From Nitrospirota bacterium (GTDB lineage Bacteria; Nitrospirota; UBA9217): a stretch of 64,000 nt of DNA. Location of the stretch: assembly GCA_963740085.1 (NCBI GenBank), contig CAVUCU010000001.1, forward strand, positions 768,001 to 832,000, given 5' to 3'. Position 1 is the stretch's first letter; each line of letters starts with the position of its first letter. Under the pieces are notes generated by a model. That model saw only the letters and a list, made by a program, of their open reading frames with translations. It searched no databases and was not told the origin of the DNA. Below are positions 59,784 to 64,000 of the stretch, piece after piece. A program made the translations under genes and the position numbers.

Positions 59784-60698
59784 TCACATCCTTCCGCCCC
59801 GGCCTCCCATGCCTCCCATGCCCGAGCCGCTGCCGCCCATGCCGCCGGAGCCCTGACCGTCCATCATACCTCCTCCCGGCTGCTCATGCATGTTGCGCAT
59901 ATCTCCCCGCTCCATATGGGATTCCATACCGGAAACAATCTCGTCCATGGAACGGTTCTTCCTGAGCCCTTCGACCATGTAGCGCTCCATGGTCTCCAGG
60001 TCTTGCCCGGAATAGCCCCGATCGATCGCGGAATGGACCATCCGCGACGCTTGTTCCGCATGCATCCCGTTGCCGACAAACACCGTCATCGTGTCTACAG
60101 CCCGGTCAAAGAGCACGATCGAACCCTTCTGTTCCCGCACTTTCTCACCCGTGCGCATGATGGCGTCAGAAGGGATGGATTTTTCAAGCGCCCTCGCCAC
60201 GGTCTCGACCGCGTCGTCCGATCGACCGGAGTGAGTGGGTTTCACTCCTCTGCTTTCGATCTTCTCCACCATCGGTCTGGCTGTCGCGAGATGATTGGAA
60301 AGCCTCTGTGTCACTCCCGAGATCCGCTCTGCCGGAACCCCTTTGGCCAGCCCCTGCTCGATCCGGTCAAGGACAAGCCGCGTCGGCAAGTGCTGCTCCC
60401 TCACCCTGGTCGCGGTTTCGAGAAAGCCTTCTATGGTTGAACCGGGTACGCCCTGTTTCAGTCCGCGGGTGATGATGATCGACACGTCTTCAGCCGGAAT
60501 GCCTGAGGTCACCGCGTGATCGGCCTTCGTGAGAATTCCCGCCTTCGCTTCCTTCGTGAGCGATGATTGTTCGACGGTGACCCGTGCCTCATCGAGATGT
60601 CTTGAGCCCGCCTCGTCAGCACCGGCCCGCAGCCCGAACGTCAGCGTCATCAATCCGACGAGCGCAGGCAAAGCGACCATTTTTGTTATTTTGTTCAT
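59784..60698 (-). CDS. Exported helical protein with Met/Gly-rich tail
   Basis: Signal peptide; tail GGMMDGQGSGGMGGSGSGMGGMGGRGGRM. Confidence 0.75.
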   Translation of the reverse strand: MNKITKMVALPALVGLMTLTFGLRAGADEAGSRHLDEARVTVEQSSLTKEAKAGILTKADHAVTSGIPAEDVSIIITRGLKQGVPGSTIEGFLETATRVREQHLPTRLVLDRIEQGLAKGVPAERISGVTQRLSNHLATARPMVEKIESRGVKPTHSGRSDDAVETVARALEKSIPSDAIMRTGEKVREQKGSIVLFDRAVDTMTVFVGNGMHAEQASRMVHSAIDRGYSGQDLETMERYMVEGLRKNRSMDEIVSGMESHMERGDMRNMHEQPGGGMMDGQGSGGMGGSGSGMGGMGGRGGRM

Positions 60699-60715
60699 GG
60701 TCCGTCCCCTCTTGT

Positions 60716-61375
60716 TCATATGGCTACCCTCAATACGGAATTCTTATGTCCGAAGCCGTCATCATCGTACGATTGCGCATTCGGGTCAGGGACCCAGACC
60801 TTGCCGTCAACGACGAACATATAGGAATAAGCCCCGGGCTTCAAGGGGATAGTGATGGTCCATAAGCCGTTATTCCCCTTCTTGAGGATGTTCGAATCGA
60901 CTTTCCATTTATTAAAGGTGCCCGCCACCGCTACCTGCCTTGCCTGAGGCGCGGACAAGGTCATGGTTACGGTGACCAGTTGATCCTGCGCAGGAACAGC
61001 CGCGGTATCAACAGGCCTGTTCTGGACCCGGACCACCTGGGTGAGCACAAGGGCGACAAGCCCGACGGTCGCGAGCGCAGTGGCCATGTTCCATCTCAGC
61101 GCCCTGCCCTTGAAGAAAAAATTCCAGGCCCGCCGTCCGAGAGGCGCCTTTCTGGGCGGCAGCCTTCTCATGACCTCGGCCGTAAAGAAGGCCGGGGCCG
61201 GCATCCGTTCGCTCTTTTCCACCGTGCGAAGCGCACGGGCGATGTCATCAAACTCTTCCCTGAGGAGCGGGTCCGCCTGGACCTGGGCCTTCATCTCCAG
61301 TTGTTCATCGGGAGCAGCGTCGCCATCGAGGATCTTATGAATAAGATCCCTGTTCAGTTCGTTCTTGTTATTCAT
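60716..61375 (-). CDS. Putative anti-sigma factor with extracytoplasmic CBM48/E-set domain
   Basis: Overlaps the ECF sigma stop; N-terminal anti-sigma-like helices, one TM, then VAVAGTFNKW...G.Y.YMFVVDG..W.PDP...DDGFG. Confidence 0.8.
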   Translation of the reverse strand: MNNKNELNRDLIHKILDGDAAPDEQLEMKAQVQADPLLREEFDDIARALRTVEKSERMPAPAFFTAEVMRRLPPRKAPLGRRAWNFFFKGRALRWNMATALATVGLVALVLTQVVRVQNRPVDTAAVPAQDQLVTVTMTLSAPQARQVAVAGTFNKWKVDSNILKKGNNGLWTITIPLKPGAYSYMFVVDGKVWVPDPNAQSYDDDGFGHKNSVLRVAI

Positions 61376-61935
61376 ACCCTGTCCCCCATTTCCTGCAGGA
61401 GTTCTTTGAGCATTTCCCGTCCGCGATGCGCCCGCACTTTCAGCGCGTTGACGCTGACGCCGAGGATGTCCGAGATCTCGCGATAGTCCAATTCCTCGAT
61501 GTGCTTGAGCACGATCACTTCCCGGTACTCATCGGGAAGCGAGTTCAGCGCTTTCTGGACCACGTCGCCTGTCTGCCGAGATGACGCGGTTTGTTCCGGT
61601 GTTCGTTCCCTGGATGGCACAATATCACTGATCTCATCCACCTGCACCGTGTCCCGCTCGGCCCTCAGGTGGTCCTTGCACTTGTTCACCACGATCCGGT
61701 AGAGCCAGGAAGAAAACCTGGAGCCGTACTGAAATTTTTCCAGAGATGCGTAGGCCGATATAAAACTTTCCTGGGACATGTCCTTGGCTGCGTCCCCATC
61801 ACCGAGCATGCGGTAGGCGATGTTATACGCCATGGACTTGTATCTATCCACGAGGATGGCATATTGTGCGGAGTCTCCGTCCAAACACAGCCGTATGATC
61901 TCACGCTCTTCAGTTTCAGGAGAAATACTCATCAT
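61372..61935 (-). CDS. ECF RNA polymerase sigma factor
   Basis: AKDMSQESF, FSSWLYRIVVN, YREISDILG and KVRAHRGR motifs. Confidence 0.93.
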   Translation of the reverse strand: MMSISPETEEREIIRLCLDGDSAQYAILVDRYKSMAYNIAYRMLGDGDAAKDMSQESFISAYASLEKFQYGSRFSSWLYRIVVNKCKDHLRAERDTVQVDEISDIVPSRERTPEQTASSRQTGDVVQKALNSLPDEYREVIVLKHIEELDYREISDILGVSVNALKVRAHRGREMLKELLQEMGDRV

Positions 61936-61978
61936 TCACATCCATTAGACGAAAGAAAAGCAACAAAGGTTACCGGTG

Positions 61979-62341
61979 TTAAGACTTTTTTTCGATCACC
62001 ACGACGGAGTTTTTGCCCCCGAAACCATCATCAGCCCGGGGAGCTCCGGGATCAAGCCGCCACTCTTTTTTATTTATGAAGAAGAGGTATTCGTATCGGC
62101 CTTCAGGGAGGGGCAGGATAACGGTCCAGACGCCGTTCCTGTCCGGACCGGTGAGCATATTTCTGTGAACATCCCATTGATTGAAGCTTCCCGCGATCGC
62201 GACACTTTTCGCCTCAGGCGCATAAAAGGGGAAATATACCCCCTCAGGGCGCACCTCGGGACTCAGATGCCTGGGTCCGCAGCCGGTGATGGAAACAGCA
62301 AACAACATCAGCACCGCTATTTTCAGAACGATCCGTTGCAT
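61979..62341 (-). CDS. Lipoprotein with CBM48/isoamylase early-set domain
   Basis: Lipobox ITGC; VAIAGSFNQW, GRYEYLF and DDGFGGKNS motifs. Confidence 0.85.
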   Translation of the reverse strand: MQRIVLKIAVLMLFAVSITGCGPRHLSPEVRPEGVYFPFYAPEAKSVAIAGSFNQWDVHRNMLTGPDRNGVWTVILPLPEGRYEYLFFINKKEWRLDPGAPRADDGFGGKNSVVVIEKKS

Positions 62342-62537
62342 TGGAGACTCACTAAATGTCGTCAACTCTTTTGCCTTGCGAAAGTTAGAAGCATATTCAA
62401 AATTCTTTTTCTATTATACCATCTCAAAGGAATATAGCGGATGTGTCCTGCATGAAAGATAAGGACTGTATATTTATGTTGCATTTTTGCATGATCCCGA
62501 TGATTCACGATACGAAGAGAAAAAGATTTATTACCGT

Positions 62538-62579
62538 AAAAAAATACCGGCAGTAGGAAGACCTTCCTACTGCCGGTAT
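62538..62579 (-). terminator. Intrinsic terminator after the Met-rich gene
   Basis: ATACCGGCAGTAGGAAG-AC-CTTCCTACTGCCGGTAT with an A-run on the plus strand. Confidence 0.85.
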
Positions 62580-62626
62580 GCCGTTGTTAAAACAGCGATT
62601 CCCTGAAAGGACAACTGTTCTAACTA

Positions 62627-64000
62627 TTAAATTGTCCCGGGGGTCAAAGTCAGCTTATCGACGAGGGGCTGCATATCCGTGGAAGTCAGACCTGATTTGT
62701 TCGTCGTGGACGTCATGAACGTCATAATTGCATTCGCCAGCCCGATCTTTCCAGCCGTGGGATCCATCATGGGACCGCCGCCGCCCATCATGCCACCACC
62801 CATGCCGCCCATGGTGATAGACGTGCTTCCCATCTTACCGTCCATGATGCCGTCAGACGCATCATTCATCATGGCCGTTATCAGCGCCGCGGGATCGGTT
62901 ATGATGTTGGTCAGGGCATACTGAGACATGGCGGCAATGGCAATGCCGTAGTTCTTCATGGCCGTCGTCGTACCTCCGGATGCTAATTCAGCAGCGTTCA
63001 TCGGCGTTGTCTGGAGGATGTCAGTGACCATGAAGTAGTTACCCACTGCAGTGTTCGCTGTGGTGATATTTGCATCCGCCATACCGCCTGTCATCGCACG
63101 GGCCCGTGCCTGGGCCATGGACGTGAGGGGCGTCATCTGAATACCCGTTATCGTAGAACCGCTTGTAATGGTCGGTATGACCGCAGTCATGAAATCACCA
63201 TTCAACATCGTCATGGTCGTACCGGTTGCCAGGTTGGTATACGATCCTCCGCTCATTTGAAGCATGACCGGACCGGAATAGGCGCCGAGGGACAGGCTGA
63301 AGTCGCCCATGCTGTCGGTTGTCCCGCTGGCAAGTTGCGCGCCCATGGCGCCGCCACTCACCGCATAGGCCATTACCGTGGCGTTGTTCATCGTCCCGTT
63401 GAAGACCGTTCCGCTGACCGTCCCGTTCATCATTGTTCCTCCGCCGCTCTGAATGGTACCGGTCGCCGAGCCAGTCAACTGGTTCATAAGCGTCTGCATG
63501 TTCGTCGCGGTCACGCCTGACTTATTCAGAGGTGGAAGTGATGAACGTCGCCATTTCCGTGGCAAGTCCGCTCGTTCCCGCCGTTGTGGTCATCATGGAG
63601 CTGCCTGCCGTCATCCCGCCCATCATGACCGGCGTTAGTTCCCATCAAGCCATTCATAACGCCGTCTGACGCATCATTCATCATGGCCGTAACCATGCTG
63701 GACGAGGAAGTCATTCCCATATCCGTTGCGGACTGAGACATCGCCGCAATGGCCATGCCGTAATTCCTCATGTCCTGGGTTGCCGTACCGCTCGCACCGG
63801 ACACCAGCGGGTTCATCGGCTGGGTATGCAGGATATCGCTCACCATGAAGTAATTGCCGATGGACGAGTTTGCCGCCGTGATGTTAGCGCCCGTCATACC
63901 GCCTGCCATGTTGTTGGCCATGGCCTGCGCCATGGAGGTGAGCGGCGTGACCTGGATATTGGTTATTGTTTCGCCGCTTATGATCGAGGGCATGATCGCG
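62627..64000 (-). CDS. Large Met/Thr/Gly-rich tandem-domain protein (partial; two +1 frameshifts near 63637 and 63533)
   Basis: Two homologous domains (IQ.TPLTSMAQA...GNYFMV.DIL...PMN...NYG.AIAAMSQ...AMMNDASDG.M.G); the two ORFs join after removing two bases. Confidence 0.75.

Overview
About 64 kb of chromosomal DNA from a GC-rich anaerobe-type bacterium. Gene content suggests Nitrospirota or Desulfobacterota, which is inference only. In order, the window holds: the distal NADH dehydrogenase I operon (nuoG-N, with single-base frameshifts in nuoM and nuoN); c-di-GMP enzymes; an HD hydrolase; an L,D-transpeptidase plus an inactive paralog; a GH57/DUF4912 pair; a probable 6S RNA; a minimal SufC/SufB (SMS-type) Fe-S pair; an extended arsenic-resistance operon; a sigma54 two-component system; arsenosugar-associated glycosyltransferases; typA, hpt, nagZ, pirin and lgt; and an ECF sigma/CBM48 anti-sigma module among Met-rich exported proteins. 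The ORF track misses UGA recoding. An ExtKL-type five-heme cytochrome (HAIPDG-U-PTPNR) and a HesB-like protein (PGG-U-SPS) are very likely selenoproteins, each with a SECIS-like hairpin. A small SEC-C-motif protein ending [11 protein letters not shown], followed by a perfect hairpin, is a candidate new selenoprotein. Also of note are a 23-aa Cys/Trp-rich mini-ORF inside the ars operon and a degenerate 91-bp direct repeat flanking lgt. I saw no rRNA, tRNA, CRISPR array or transposase.
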